From positions 286,130,001 through 286,194,000 of the forward strand of contig OZ024743.1 of the NCBI GenBank assembly GCA_964016885.1: DNA of 64,000 nt, written 5' to 3'. Position 1 is the stretch's first letter, and each line of letters starts with the position of its first letter. The translations under genes and the position numbers were made by a program. This DNA is from Eledone cirrhosa. Its lineage: Eukaryota. Below, one piece after another: positions 26,268-41,467 of the stretch. The notes beneath the pieces were generated by a model, which saw only the letters and a list, made by a program, of their open reading frames with translations, did not search any database and had not been told where the DNA came from.

Positions 26268-26322
<55 letters not shown>

Positions 26323-26553
26323 CGCAAGTTTAATAAATATTCATGCGTTAGTAATTTAATGTGTACAATTGTTGTATTTCTAAATCTGTGATAAACATCT
26401 ATTATAGAATGGGTAAGAAAAAAAACTAGTTCAAATAGAGTTTGAAAAAATGCACATATCTTTATCTTTTATTTATTTATGTGCTTATATCTTACTTTGC
26501 TCCATTATATCTTGCGGAATTTGTTAATTATCTTACCGTATTGGGTTTCTTCC

Positions 26554-26622
<69 letters not shown>

Positions 26623-27332
26623 TGCTGTCCTTGATTAGTTAAATTCTTTCATCTTGCATCATTTCAATGCTTCTAATGACCACACGAGCCAAAGAGAGTC
26701 CACACGAGCTAATAAGAAATAGCAATCAAATCTCCCTCAAATCACACCCTAAAAGTTGAGGGCCTCATGTTACATAAACAAAACTTAAACTTATGGATTT
26801 AATGTTACATAAACAACACCTAAACCTACTTGATTTAATTAGTAAAAAATACATAATTTATCTTAATACAGAGAAGACGTAACAGAGAAGACTTTATCAA
26901 TTGGATAATTCATGCACGGCCTTAAGGGCGTCGTAGGGTTGTTGTATTTACATACGGCGTTTCTTGGGTATTTCAAAACCTGTTGGAGTCTATCTCTTCT
27001 CCAGATCTGAATACAACCGGTTTCTTCTCGAGAAGGATGGAGAATGAGAGAATGTAAAGGAGAAAGATATATAAAGGAAGAATTGACTCCAGTACTAGAC
27101 TGGTACTTTTATCGACCTCGAATGGGTGAAAGGCAAAGTTGACCGCACAGTTGGATAATACGCTATTATAAAGAAAACAATATTTTTATACAGTTTTCTA
27201 CAGCCAGATATCATTCCTGACCAACCCATATTTTATTTCTAAGTATGGCATTACGTCGCTCAATTTTGTCAAAACATTCTTTATGCAGGACATAAATGTT
27301 ATTGCTTTCTTCAACAGAATCACAATGAAGGC

Positions 27333-27450
<118 letters not shown>

Positions 27451-29410
27451 TTATATAAACATATATACATACATACATTTATATAAACATATATACATAC
27501 ACACGCACGCACCCCCATATATGCAGTATATACAAATGCATATAAACGTACATACACACGCATGCACACACATACACATATTTATACATGATCTTGTTTC
27601 CTAAATTCTTGTTTTCTAAATTCACTCCCAAGGCATTAGTTGTCCTGATGTTATATTAAAAGATATCTGTCCAGGATGTCACACAGTGGGATCTAACCCA
27701 AAACAACAAACACGGTTGTGAAACGAACTTCTTGAAAAATAATTATTTTATTATTTTCTCATTTGTTTCAATCATTAAATACAACTGAAATCCTCGTGTT
27801 TTTGTTGTTGTTGTTACCTTTTTTTTGTTTTTTTTTGCATATCACTATTCACCATTGGAAGAAATTAGATATGATAAATGTTGAACTTTATCTTCTGTTC
27901 CTTTTCGTTGTTTCATTGTTTTCATACCACTGGCGATTTTGATGCTCTAGTCAGCGAGGAGTTAAAGTATTGTTTCATACAATCAAGTATTGGTCTAATC
28001 TTCCAGCTTTTAGTAGATTACTTCACTTATTTAGTGAAGAATTTTAATTCGACATTTAGATAGCAGACATTAAGAATATTGAGCGAGAGTTTTGCATGAA
28101 CCGCAACATTTTTTTAACAATTTCTGTGTTCTGCCTCATTCGAGAATCTTCCACTCGATGTTAAATGTAATGGCCTGTTCAGTAAAATACCAGATTCAAT
28201 TGGATAGTTTTGTTGCATTCTTCTTCTGAAAGAAGAAATATAACCAAAGTAGCGTTGTTTAACGTTATCTGCATAGAATCGACATAGATGTTTAGGTTTC
28301 GTGAAGGGGATTGGTAATTCGTAGACAATTGCTTCAGCGTTGCATGATTGATTAAGAGTGCATGCATATGTATCGAGACTGCTCATTCTCTTTACTTTTT
28401 CTCAATGACTACTGTTCCATTATCCATTTAGAATAATATTGATATCATTAATTAATTGAATAATTTAGTGATAATGAAGCCACTCAACCCATCCCCAACA
28501 CAGCAAGGTACAACAGGAACGTTCTAAATGATATGATACACTCACACCCTCTCGAGTACATAAATCTTTAACTGCAAGTCAAATTATAACCGCACGCCTT
28601 CACACACATGCATAAATATCCTCTCAGTAACAATTTTAAAATGTGTTCCCTTACTTATTTTTTTAGCACTACACCATTAGTTGTATTGTTTCAATTCTTG
28701 GTTGTTTGTAGTCGTTTTATCTCAGAAGCATAGCTAATGCTGCACAATGAGCGTTATAATTTCCATTCCATCTTGACCTTCATATCTTCTTTAAAGAAGC
28801 GACAGGAATTACTGTATTCTCCTTAAATACGCCACAAACGTGCCATAATAAGCTACGTTCCACATTGAATATACTACTAAAATACATGAGTGTTCCATTA
28901 CCAGCACTTTTATGTATACATATTCTCAATGTATGGATTGTTAGAGTTTGATGAGTTAAAGCTTGTGGTAAGCTTTAAAATATGCTTTATATAATTATTT
29001 TTTTACTAATCATTAATATTAAATATGTATAAGTGACTGTTGCATTTGGAGGGTTAGTGCTGTTCCAATATACATCCCACGCAAAAAACCACCACAACAG
29101 GAAAAGGTGTAAAAAAGTGTACATGCATATATGGAACAAGTATAAAGCTATCAATTTCTGTTGTCTTTAAATGATGTTCGTTACCATTCCATTTTGGTTC
29201 CAATCCATTTAGAAGTCTAGATTGAACCAGAGATTTTGCAACTTTATTTCAGCCATCTTCGGTCCACTGACAAACTCCTAACTTGCATTGACCACTTTTC
29301 CACATGCCAAACTGCAAGCTCACCGAATTTTCTCGGTTAATCTTTATTTATGCCTCCATTACAGTTGCTTGGTTGTATTCATTTAAATTTACGATCACAC
29401 TTATGTTCAG

Positions 29411-29539
<129 letters not shown>

Positions 29540-30113
29540 CGCGTGCCTTTGTTAGATATAGCCACTGTCTTCAAAATAGTTGACACGTCTTCCACAGTAA
29601 AAGCTCAATAGCTAACAAGTATATGAGCCACGAAAAGGAGAAATTTTATGAATTTCAATTAACATAGTTAATGTTAATTTACCATTGACAGACGGACTAA
29701 AACCGTATCAAGTGTCGATAGAAAGAAATCCAATACCGACGGCTGTGAACGTTGTTAAAACTGATAACAGATGGATCAGAACCTCATCAATGGTTGGTCG
29801 TGATTTAGTCATTTTTATGATGCATTTATAAATGTTATGAGAACTCACAACAGAACATTGATTATTCTATAGCAACTTCTACAAACAACCATCTTGATAA
29901 AACAACTAAATAAATGAAAATATATATTTATCCGACATATGACCAATAATCTCTCTTGAAGTTATACAGCTTCATCTCTTCTGAGGTACTTTCACACTAA
30001 TTTTAATCAATTATTATAATACTTTTAATCTATTGTTATAATCCTCTTAATTGTATACAACTATCCACTTTGTTGGAAACTATACTGTATATCTCTTCCC
30101 CATATCAGGCACA

Positions 30114-30226
<113 letters not shown>

Positions 30227-31399
30227 GGGGCGGTAATAGGCTTTCTGGAACAACAAGGATTAACAACCTCAAAATACTAGCTGAATTAGGACATATGCGA
30301 GATGAAAGAATGTGAATAGTGCAAATTTACATTTGAGGTCTGCTCGAGTAAGCATGATAGGAACTAGCATGATTATAATTAGCAATAATGATTTTTCACT
30401 TAGGTGTAAGGTCACACATAGTGGAGAATAGGAAGAGTCGATTAAATCAGCTCAAGTATTAGACTGGTATTTATTTTGTCGGTCACAGAAAGACGAGAAA
30501 TAAAGTGAACTCAACATAAAGTGACCTAACTAAATAGCGCTGATTACTAGGTTTGCTACAGATCCACCATCTTTTTAATAATAATATTAGTATTAGTTAG
30601 TCCAGAATGACTGTTTTATTACTCCTCGTTATTAGTGTCAACGTTTTACCTCTTATTTCCTCTACAAAATATTCTTTTTGATATTGATATTTCTCTGTAC
30701 TGTTCTGTTTAACTGTCTTCTGTTACCATGGTGAGTACTAGTCGGATCAAATTCCCTTTCTGCTTAAATGTCAGTACCAAACAAGTACCGGTATTATAGC
30801 AGGATAGGTTACATTTAGACACTACCTACAGTATCAGCTGTCTAACGCGTTAACTAAAAGGTTTGCATACTTTCGCGAGAACACACACACGCATATCTGA
30901 GCATAAGTATGATCGTAAACTTAAATGAATACAATCAAGCAAATACAGACAAGAAAGCAGGCATATGTTCCCATTCACCCATATAGACCTGCATATAACT
31001 AACTATACATGCAAACGTGCGGTATGTGATCGTGTAAATGTATAAATTGGTAGCAAGTCTTCTTTGAGGCATAGAGATCACAAATACGATTTCAATTCCC
31101 AGTGGAACTTCGTTAGTAGGAGTGGATATAATGAAATAGTAGCCAAATCTTCAAATCGCACTCTACTATAGTAAAATATGTTCAATATAAAACGATATAG
31201 TCATCATGGTTGAACTATTAATCTGTTGGATTAAGGCAGACCTGGGTATAATCAACAACACACAAATTACACATTTTATTTCTCTCCGAGATATAAATCT
31301 CTTATTTCTATGTTAATTTCTATCTGCAGTACAAGTTACACTCTATATCGTAACTACCACCACCACCACTCTCTTCAAATTGATTTTACCATTGTTCAA

Positions 31400-32300
31400 C
31401 CATTTCTCATCCTGGATTACATATATCTGACCCATTTCATCTGAAGTCATCATCCTCAGTGACCGCAGTGTGTACAACACTTCTTGGCTCTTTTATTTCT
31501 CTTGTACTGACACCTGCCGTTAGCACCATGATACTAAAGTGTTTGATATCTTTAACTGCCTGTACAATATCCTCGAGTCGGCGAATTGGCAGAGTCGTTA
31601 GAACGTGGGATAGAATGCTTTGTAGTATTCATTTCGGCTCTCTGCTCGCTGAGTTCAAATCCTGCCGAAGTCAACTATGCCTTTCATCAATTCATGGTCA
31701 ATAAAAAAGTACCAGCCACGTACCAGGGTCGATTCTTCCTCAATATCTCTTTATCACTTCCTTTTTCTCACCCACTCTATCCTTCTCTGGAAGAAATCTA
31801 CTGTATTCAGACCTGGAGAGGAGATGGGCCCCGCCTGATTTTTAAAATGCCCTAGAAACGTCGTATGTCAATATGGCGTCTCGGGAGTGATGTGTCCATA
31901 CCATATAATATCCCTGACCGACACTTCGTTTCCACAAACACTTTTTTTATCTTTCTTACTTCCAAAACCAACATTTATCCCACCATCACTTATTTTATTT
32001 CCATGGATATGCTCGATAATTGTTCCATCGTAGACCAATGAAAAGATAGTTTAATGGCAACATGACAGCCTAGTTTCATTTACCAGAACAGTGCTAATAC
32101 ATATCAAGGAAGTGTGTATAAATACTCCGCACCTTCCTTATTTATAAATATCGCAGATAAGACCTGTTCAAACTTTACAAATACTAAGCTAAGTTGCATT
32201 TTACGATGACCCTTCATATCGATCACACATCCAACAGATGAAAAAATACTCTTGAAAAGTTTTTTTTTTTTCTTTTTTAAGACCAGAAAATAATTTAGCA
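31400..32300 (-). pseudogene. Possible decayed hAT-type transposase remnant, interrupted by a SINE
   Basis: Minus frame DIVQAVKDIKHFSIMVLTAGVSTRE resembles the FSIMxDETxDVS motif. Weak similarity only. Confidence 0.3.
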
Positions 32301-32929
32301 CCTAACAGTTGCTGACCATCTTCAAGGCATAAATACAACATACTTTAAAGTACTGTTCATATATCTGAGAAAGAGATGTTATTCCTTCAAACATTTTAGA
32401 TCACACCTGAAAATAAAAGACGTGGTTGATTAGCAAATCTTCATTCAAGCAGTTAACTCCTGACCTGCTATATCCACTCTCTTCTTTTACCGTTACTACA
32501 GCCGTTCCTGATTCTTTGAACTAGCAAGATGTGAGTCCCCATTACACTCAAACTTACTTGATACATCCGCCTCTCCTTCTTTCCCTACCATTGTGCTAAA
32601 TACTTTACTAAATTTTCCCCACCAAAACTGAAACTCTCTGAAATTCTCCTTTCGGCATTCATACATTCCCTTCACACACCAACATACATGTGTTCAAGTT
32701 AAAGATAAACTGTGCCCACCTTACTAGTCTGAGAAGATAAACTAGTTTACAAAGGCAGTGGCTACTGACCTTCGCATTTAGGCAAATATAATAAAAAATA
32801 TTAAATCAGATCATTTATATCCAACCAATTGTCTTCCTTTATCAACTAGTGAGATATGATAGATTACTCTATCTGACTCTTCATAACAACTAATCTATTA
32901 GCATATATTCTTATCTAATTAATTTATTA

Positions 32930-33790
32930 AACATCATTGGTTTCTGTAGTGATAATGTGACTATTTCTTGATTTTGTCATGTGAAAGGTGATCTTAGGAA
33001 ACCAGACAATTATCGTTGAATAATTCTCACACGTGGCTGTCAAAATTTATAATCGCCTTATCTTGAACATGCTTCGACCAGAAATCGAAAAAATCTTGCG
33101 CCCAAACCAAAATGGATTCAGATCATCTAGATTATCGCCCTCTGCCGTCTAATCGAAAAAGTAAGAAATCATCAAAAAGAGGCCGTAATAACCTTTATAG
33201 ACTTTGGAAAAGCATTTGATAGCATTAACCGCGAAGTTTTACTTGCCTATAGTAGTTCTCTCGAACTCGTCACTGGAATCATGTACGAAAACAAACTCCG
33301 GCAGCGGAAGTAGAATCTGATTTCTTTCAGGTAGTCACATGTGTACTTCAAGACGATCTCTATTTATTTATCATTGTACTTGATTATGCATTACGTGTTG
33401 CTATTGATGATTTTGATGGCTTTATCCTTCAAGAGGGTAGAAGCACGAGTCATCCGTCACAGCACCTAGCAGATATGAAATTCGCTGATGATATTTTCTT
33501 ATGTGCAGATTCACTAAGTAATGCAGAACATCTCTTACACAAGCTAGAAGTTTCTACTCAAGCTTAAATGCTAGCAAAACCAAATACATGAACATCAACA
33601 CAGATCAAGCAACAAACATCCGATCATTAAGCAATATTGTTCTAAAAAAAAAGTAGATGATTTTAAACACCTTGGTGCATACACCAACTCATCAAATGAT
33701 ATAAGCATGGTCTGCAGTGAACTCATTAGATAAGGTGTGAAAATCTAACATAATTACAAAAACACGTTTGAAGACATGTTGGTATGGTTT
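32930..33790 (+). mobile_element. Decayed RTE-type LINE RT fragment
   Basis: Broken frames with KGDLRKPDNYR, RPEIEKILRPNQNGFR, FIDFGKAFDSINR and FADD. Confidence 0.85.
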
Positions 33791-34599
33791 CTCAATAGAA
33801 GTTCAATTCTACAATACGAGTTCAGAATGCAATTCGTATTCCATTCGGGATATGTTTCCATCTCGAAAATATAGTTCTTTAATTATTTGGCCAATCGAGA
33901 TTGTGCTGAAATTAGAATGCCGCAATAGATAAAAATTAAATAACAAAAGAATAAATATGTATTTATCTCACGTACATGTGCGATAAATACAGTGAATTGT
34001 TTGACATTTTGTGATAAGAGCAGATCCGTGCAAAGCTGATAAGCCCAAGCCAAATGTAAAATGTAGGTCTCCAAAAACTTCCTCAAGAGGTTTTTAATAT
34101 TTATTTTAGATTTTAAACACATCTAGAGGCAATTTTTGTCTATTCTTTATACAGATAAACTTAGTAAATTGAAATTTTAAAACTAATTCTATTACATATG
34201 TGAAACACTACCGTGTGTTTATTTTGTACGTAGAACACTTGGTCGGGTATTTTCCCTGAGCCATAATGTTCATATATAACACGTGATTCTTATATTTTTC
34301 CAGCAGTAAATTACTGAGAAGCGAATAGACTCCAATTAGGATTTGAGCCCGCATTGTAGACGTAATTCACAAATGACTTACTATCGTCCTATCATCCTCC
34401 CGGTAAAACCAAGTTACATGATATCTAAACGAACTGATATATTAACATACCTCCCTAAACTAAACAGTAACCCAATCAAATTCACACAACCCTAGGTGCG
34501 GAATACGTTATCTAAACTATAATAAAGAAGCGCGGGACTGCGTACGGTTTATAATTTTTATCCCATTACTAAAATAAGTTGGATTACTTTGAATAAATA

Positions 34600-34779
34600 A
34601 TTATTTCTACTTCTGGCACAAGGCCAGCAATTATCCCAGTGTATTACTGGTACTTTATTTTATCGACCCCGTAAGGATGAAAGGAAAAGTTAGCCTCGGC
34701 GGGATTTGAACTCAGACCATAAAGGACCGTAACTCTTTGCGGAAAAGCATGGCGTCCGACCCTCTACTGATACTGCCAA
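34600..34779 (-). mobile_element. OR-like SINE
   Basis: Shared SINE body, reverse strand. Confidence 0.88.
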
Positions 34780-35054
34780 TTAATGAATGAATATTACATA
34801 ATTTATCTACTAAATTTCGTGGCTGTTCATTAAATATATTTTATTATTTATTTAAAGATTCACTTCTTTAAAATTTCAATATCTGGAAAAATGACAGTGC
34901 CCATGACCATCCGGAGTACATAAGTAACCTATGTCTTAAGTTTGGTGAAAATACTGTAGAAATGCATAAAATTTATACATACGCGCGTGCGTTCGTGTGT
35001 GTGTGTGTGTGTGTGTTTGTGTGTGTGTGTGGGGAGGTATGTATTTGTGTGTGC

Positions 35055-35136
<82 letters not shown>

Positions 35137-35138
35137 GT

Positions 35139-35174
<36 letters not shown>

Positions 35175-36049
35175 GTATGTGCGTATGTATGTGTATGTCC
35201 GTCGGGGCATACGTATGTACTGGCCTAAATCTTCACTATTTACTTTTACTATTTTAATAACCTCTGTCATTTTCGTTTTTAATTTTATTTACATCATTCT
35301 TAAACTCCGGGGCTGGAAATCATTCTGTTATTTTAAATAGAATATTAGTCTAACGACTCCATTTATACCATAAACTTGGTCTTGTCTTTGCATGAAATTG
35401 TTCTTCACGTTCCACATAACGACGTATTATCCTCGCTTTTTTCCGTTCATTGCTAGGGAACGTCTTCACGAACCAAAATATCGTCTTCCTGTTTTCGCTC
35501 GGTTGCAACGTTTCTCGAAATATTTACTTCTGCGTTCACAGATTACTCTCAGTTCAATTTGAATAGGAAATTCCTGTTTCATCGATTTTCTCCGTAACCA
35601 TGGAAGCTTGTAGTAGCCAAAAGTTTATTAACAGCGAAATAACGTTGTCTTTGATATGTTATTTTAAATAAGACAATGATTTGAAAAATACTACTTACTG
35701 TTAGTGGTGGTTAACATGTATTAGAAATAAAATGAAAATGATATCTGAAAAAACGTACTTGAGAACATGACTCCCTTCTTCGCAATTAAAGGGTTTTATT
35801 TCTTTTGATGGAAAACAGTGACTGTTTTCGGTTTGGCATTTCGTAAAATGGTAAGATTGGGACAAATACAAAGGGGGGAGTTTACATACATTTAAAAATA
35901 CGTGTAAAAAAACATATAACAAATTAAATTTAACAATCGATGTCCTCAATAGGGAGGGGCGTTGACATGGGTCGCACACACCCCCGAAAAAATGTGCAAC
36001 CCTCCTCTTCAGGAGCACAAAGAGCGGGTGCTTCCTTCCTCTTCTCATT

Positions 36050-39000
36050 CTTCTCCTCTCTCACCTACAGGCTGATATAGAGAGAAGGCCCATTCACTCG
36101 GGCCATTCTCGCTACTTTCACCCACCTTTCATAAAACTTGCTGGGGTAGAGCACCTCTCTCTCCATTCTGATCCTTCTTCTAAAGTGGTACTTGAAAAAA
36201 AAGACCAGTTGTTGGCCGGAGAGAAAGGTGCGACGGTTTCCTCGTCACGCACGCATCTCGGACAGATCTTCTTCGAGGGGTCCCTACCCGGGCGACCGTG
36301 TCTGTAGAGCTTGTCCCGAACGGGTAGAGCTCCTCGGTAACATTGCCAAGCCAGGGACTTTTGGAAGTTGTCCATCGGTCCCGGGCCAAACGTCCGACCG
36401 AACAGACTGGCCAGCTCATCTTCCTCCATGCCCCAGAGCCTCTCCGAGAGCGTCGTCGCACTTACTGCGCACCAACCCTCTATAGAATGTTGAGGTTGAG
36501 TCTCCACTGATTGCCGGATCCGCTTGCCAGAAGGCCGTGAGCGCCTGAGCACATTCAATGTGCCAGTCGCCCACTTTTCTCGGTCTTTGCTTGACCCAGG
36601 ATTGCAGCTCGGTGAGTGAGACGAGTCTCGGAAAGGCTCGCCTCACAAACAGGGCCCACACCGGCTGACCGGTGAGGAATACCTGGAGGTGCCGTAGCCT
36701 TAATGCGTGTCTACGCATCGTCAGCCACGACATCCCCAGCCCTCCGTTCGAAGGGTGTTGACAGCAGATGGATCTTCTCACCAAAGGAGCCCGCTTCTTC
36801 CAAAGAAATCGGAAGAGCGCGCGCTCCATTTTGGCGAGTGTTTTCTCTGGGCCAGGCACGGCGGTCAAGCGGTAGTAGATGACGGACGCTATATAAGCGT
36901 TCGCCACCTCCGCTCGACCTTTCAGGGATAGTTTGCACTCGGCCCACTTCTGGGCGAGTGCAAAGACCTTGCCCGTTACCTCGTCCCAGTTTTTCTCCAC
37001 CTGGAGGTCCGGTCCGAACCAGAACCCGAGCAGCTTCACCGGTCCCTCCGTCCAGCGTCCGACGATGCCGTCGGAGGGCATCGTTTTTCCCCTCCACGTC
37101 CCGAGTTGTAAACCGACGGACTTGTCCCGGTTCAGCTTGGCTCCTGTGAACCTTTCATATTCCTCCAGTAAGGTGTCGATCTGCCCGATTTCCGAGGCGC
37201 ACGACACCATTACCGTCACGTCATCGGCGTAGGCCGACACCGCTTTCCGCAATCCCGGTTCCAAGAGGATGCCCTGCAACAGCTCCAGCTTCCGCAGTAG
37301 TGGCTCGAGAGCCAGCACATACAGGAGGGAGGAGAGAGGGCATCCCTGTCGAATGGATCGCGTGATTTGAAACGGCTCCGAGAGGTAGCCGTTCACCTTG
37401 ACCCTCGAGCAGGTGTTGCTGCTGTGCATTGCAGCAATCCAGCCCCTGAAAACAGGTCCGAAGCCTGCCGCCGCGAGCACCGCATCCAGGTACCGATGGT
37501 CAACCCTATCGAACGCCTTAGATTGATCCAAGTTGATCAGGGCCCCACCAAAGCCGGGTTCGTTCCCTACCCTCTCTACGATGTATCGCATGAGGTGGAG
37601 GTTGTCGTGTATGGACCTGGACGGGATTGCGCATGTCTGCGCTTCTCCCACCAGGTTCCCGACGACAAGCGCCAACCTCTTCGCTAACACCTTGGCCAAC
37701 ATCTTTAACTCTGTGTTTAGCAGAGTTATGGGCCTGAAGTTATCTATGTCATCCCCCTTGTTCTCGTCCTTCCTCACCAGCGTGATACGCCCTTGCTCAC
37801 AGAACTGGGAATTCTCCCGTTCTGTTGCCAGTTGCAGTAGACCGCCTCGAGGAGACCGGAGAACAAGCCCGGCATCGCTACATAAAGTTCGTATGGTAGA
37901 CCATCGAGACCCGGAGATTTGCGTTTGCCGCATTGGCTCAGAGCTTCCCCTATTTCAGCGGCTGAAATCGGCCTCTCGCAGCACTTCGCCTCCCCGTCCG
38001 AGAGCCGCTCCAGACCGTCGAGGTATGGACCGAAATCCATGGCCCCACCCGGCCCGCCGTCCCTCCCGAACAGTCGTGCAAAGCGCCGTTGAAAGGCCGC
38101 GCTCATCCGCTCAGGTTCAAGGATCACGCGTCCACCCTGGTCCTTCAAAGACCGAATCGTGGACTTGTTTCCACTTTTTGCCTCTGTCACTCGGGCCCAG
38201 CTAACAGCTTTGGCTCCCTCGTTACCCAGAGCACGTATTTTACTCCTGACAACGCAGCCCTCGTGCTTCGCATCAAAGAACTGGTCTAGGGCCGTTCTTG
38301 ACGCCAGCACGCCGGCCACGTTGCCACTCCTAATCGCCTCTTCTACTCTATTTGTTAATTCCCTTTCAGTTCTATTACTATCTGATGCTAATTCCCGACT
38401 AAAACCTATCGATTCTATTCTAATTTCTCTCTTGAGAGAGCCCCACCACCTGTTGTTGACAATTTCCCCCGTCAAACGCTGCTTAACTAGTGTGCTAATC
38501 CGCTTACTGTAAGCTTTGTTTGTCGGTAAAGATAAGTTTAGCTTCCAGTAACCGGGTCCCTGTCTATGAGTTCTATCAAGGTTGACCACTCCGGTCACCA
38601 ACTTGTGATCCGAATAGTCAACCATGAACATTCGTGGACAGCTTAATATGTCCCTATCCTTATTTCTAACTAGGAACCTATCTAGGAACGACCTAGATGT
38701 TTCGCTGCGATTACTCCACGTCCACCGTGGCACAGTCGGAAAATCTAGTCGATATCTATCGGCCAGATCAAATCGGCCGATTAATCGTTTGAGGCTGTTA
38801 CACCCCGCTCTATCGGGACATGCCCCTACATAGTCCCAACGTGCATCCAGGATACCATTCCAGTCCCCCACTAAAAGCAAGGAGCGAGACGTTCCCAGGA
38901 AATTCTCCAGGCGTCGGAAGAAGTCCGGTCGCGGTGTCCCAGTTGGGGCATACGCTGCCACCAGCCTGAAAGCTCCACCTTCACCACTGCCGACGTCTAA

Positions 39001-39285
39001 AACCACCAGTCGACCCTCCGGGTCCAGGTGTACTTTCTGTGTGGCAAGACCCAGGTATTTACGCAGCAGAACGACAACCCCACCCCCACCCCTCGGCTGA
39101 CAGAGAGATGCGTAGATCTCAAAGTCGTCGAAGATGGGGGCCAGTTGGCGCTCGCTGCTGATCCTGGACTCGCAAATAACCATTACATCCACTCTGTGCG
39201 ACCTGAGGTCATTTAAGAGTTTGCCCTGTTTCCAGGACATCCCCAAGCCGCGTGCATTCACACATCCAACTCTTATATTGGCCAT
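36050..39285 (-). pseudogene. LINE ORF2: APE endonuclease + reverse transcriptase + C-terminal CxxC, with frameshifts near 37790 and 36430
   Basis: NARGL, GDWNG, SFLDRF, SDHK, KSPGLDGLP, NFRPITLLN, DQSKAFDRVDH, IRQGCPLS, AYADD, CPRC. Confidence 0.93.
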
Positions 39286-39327
39286 GTTGGTGCTGAAGAG
39301 TTAAAAAGGAAGAGGAAAGGAAATTAC

Positions 39328-41130
39328 TTACCTCTTCGTCTCCTGGGGACCAGACTGCACAATTTCCATGGGGGTGTTGGAAGGGTTGTTTGGTGGGGTG
39401 GTGGTTTGTGGTGGGGTGAGGACATCAGTGTGTGGTGGGATTAGGGTGTTTGGTGGGGTGTGGGTGTCTGATGTGGTTGTGGGGAAACATCTCAATAGGA
39501 CACTGTTATGTGGTTTGGTGCAATTGGTCCCCACATGCATTGGATGGTTCTTTTTCAAAGTTACATAGGTTTCCGTTGGGACCCTAATCATCATTAGGTG
39601 CGGTTTGTTCGCTGCGTAGGTGAAAGTGATCCCTTCGGTTTCCACCGAAGGGTTATTTTCTATCGCTTTCATCAACGTTTTATTGTTCTTGTTAATGTAT
39701 GTATAGAGTTTTTGTTGTGTTGTGTTTGTTTTTGTTTGTTGTTCTTGTGCGTGTTTGCGTTTTGTAGTACGTGTTATGTTTTGGGGAGGGGTGGGTTTTT
39801 TATTTGTGATGTTTGTTCTGTTTGTGCTGGTGGTTGTGTGATTGTGGCATTTTTGTTAATGTGGTGCCTTTTTTTTTCCTTTTCACCTGTTGAAAGGGTT
39901 CTCCCTCGCCGTCACTGGGTGACGTTGATACGGAGTCCTCTTCCGTGTTGTTGGGGAGGGGTATATTTTGGGGTTTTGTTGTGGTTGCCTTTGTATTTGT
40001 TTTAGGTGGGGAGGGGTTGGGTGGAACAGTGTTTTGTGTAGTTATTTTTCCGTGTTGTTGTGGTTGTTGTTGTTGTTGTGGTGGTGGTGGTGGTTGTGTT
40101 GTTGTGTCGGGGTTGGCAGAAGAGCCTTTTTTTTTTGACTCGTTAATTGAGGACAGGCAGCCCTCAGGTGACCTCTGCTTAAGCAGTGGTAACATGACAG
40201 CCGCCTTCCCTCCACTGAAATGTTTATATAAGTTAGCCCGTCCAGAGGCACGCGTTGTGGGATATTCGCTATTCGTTCTGGGCTCATTTGCACCAGAACT
40301 TCTACGCTGGTCCCACCAAATACACATCCGGAGGACTTTCCTATTGAAATTATCTTGTCTTCGTCAAAGTCAATGATTCCACATAGTATCCACCAAATAT
40401 TTACATTTGGTGTGATACTCATTATTTTTATTCTTTGTGTCCTTTTCCCCTGTATGTGGGGAAAAGGGTGAAGCGGGGGGACACAATGGGTGATACCGAG
40501 TACTTTTGTGCTGTTGACTGGTTGTTCATTAGCACCGAAATGCTACCAAACAGTTTACCTTTTTGTATGAACGTTAAGTCCTTCATTGCATCTTTTAGAA
40601 CCAGCTCAATTTCATTTTGTGATAATTGAGCTGGTTTTCTTGTTTCGTTCGATATTGTCCTGAAAACCACAGTTTTCAGGACAGCCTCTCTACGTAATTC
40701 CTGTGGAGAATTGATGCTAAAAGCACCGTTTTCGCCAAAAGTCACGAATTGTTTTGCGTCTTGTAATAGTTGTTTAGCATTTGTTATGTCTATTGGCGTG
40801 TATAGTTCGTTTTTTTTTACAGTCTGTGCGAATGTTGTTTTGGTGTTGTTGTCTTTTTTGTTGCTGTCACTGTTGGTAATATTGTTCATGTTTTCCTTGG
40901 TGTTGCTATTGTTGCAGTTGTTGGTTGTGGTGTTATTGTCATTGTTCTTGTTGTTGGTGCTGGTATTATTAACCGGGTTTGGTTTCGGGGTTTCGATATT
41001 TTTAATGTTTTTCGATGATGCGAGGGGGGAAGGCCCTTTGTACTCCTACCTTCCCTCCACCACTTTTCTTAGTGGGCTGGCACTCACGACAGTGTGCGAG
41101 GTGGAAATGGCATCCATTGCCACCAAGTCT
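39328..41130 (-). pseudogene. LINE ORF1 (gag-like zinc knuckle), several frameshifts
   Basis: Consecutive minus-strand ORF pieces upstream of ORF2, with a CCHC motif and low-complexity N/T/P/Q tracts. Confidence 0.75.
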
Positions 41131-41467
41131 ACAGTTTTGAGATGAAAATTGAAAATTTCGCCTCAGAAAGGGGCGAAAATTAGTTGACTCAACGTCTGAC
41201 GGCCCAGGCAAGGGGTTAAACTAAACAATGTTATTAAATTGAGCAATAAACTCATTTTTTTTGACAATAATCCGTAAAAATCCGGAGCGAAGTAAATCAC
41301 GTTTATATCAAGTGGTAATTGATATAGAGAGGAAGGTTGGGAGAGTGTGGGGGTGGGGGTCTGACAAATTAAAAAGCGGAGGATGGGGACGATTATTCCA
41401 GACCTGAGTCCACGGGGATTATTGATGGACGTAAGAATGAAAACTCAATACTGAAGTAGAGTTTAAA

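Larger units (their letters stand above)
35790..41310 (-). mobile_element. Near full-length L1/Tx1-clade LINE (ORF1 + ORF2, frameshifted)
   Basis: ORF1 pieces with a CCHC knuckle (CYHCLSRGHLRAAC), then ORF2 APE-RT-zinc finger. AATAAA near 35795 on the minus strand. Ends approximate. Confidence 0.93.

Noticed and set aside
28114-28386. 90-aa protein-like ORF
   Set aside because: No recognisable domain or splice boundaries.
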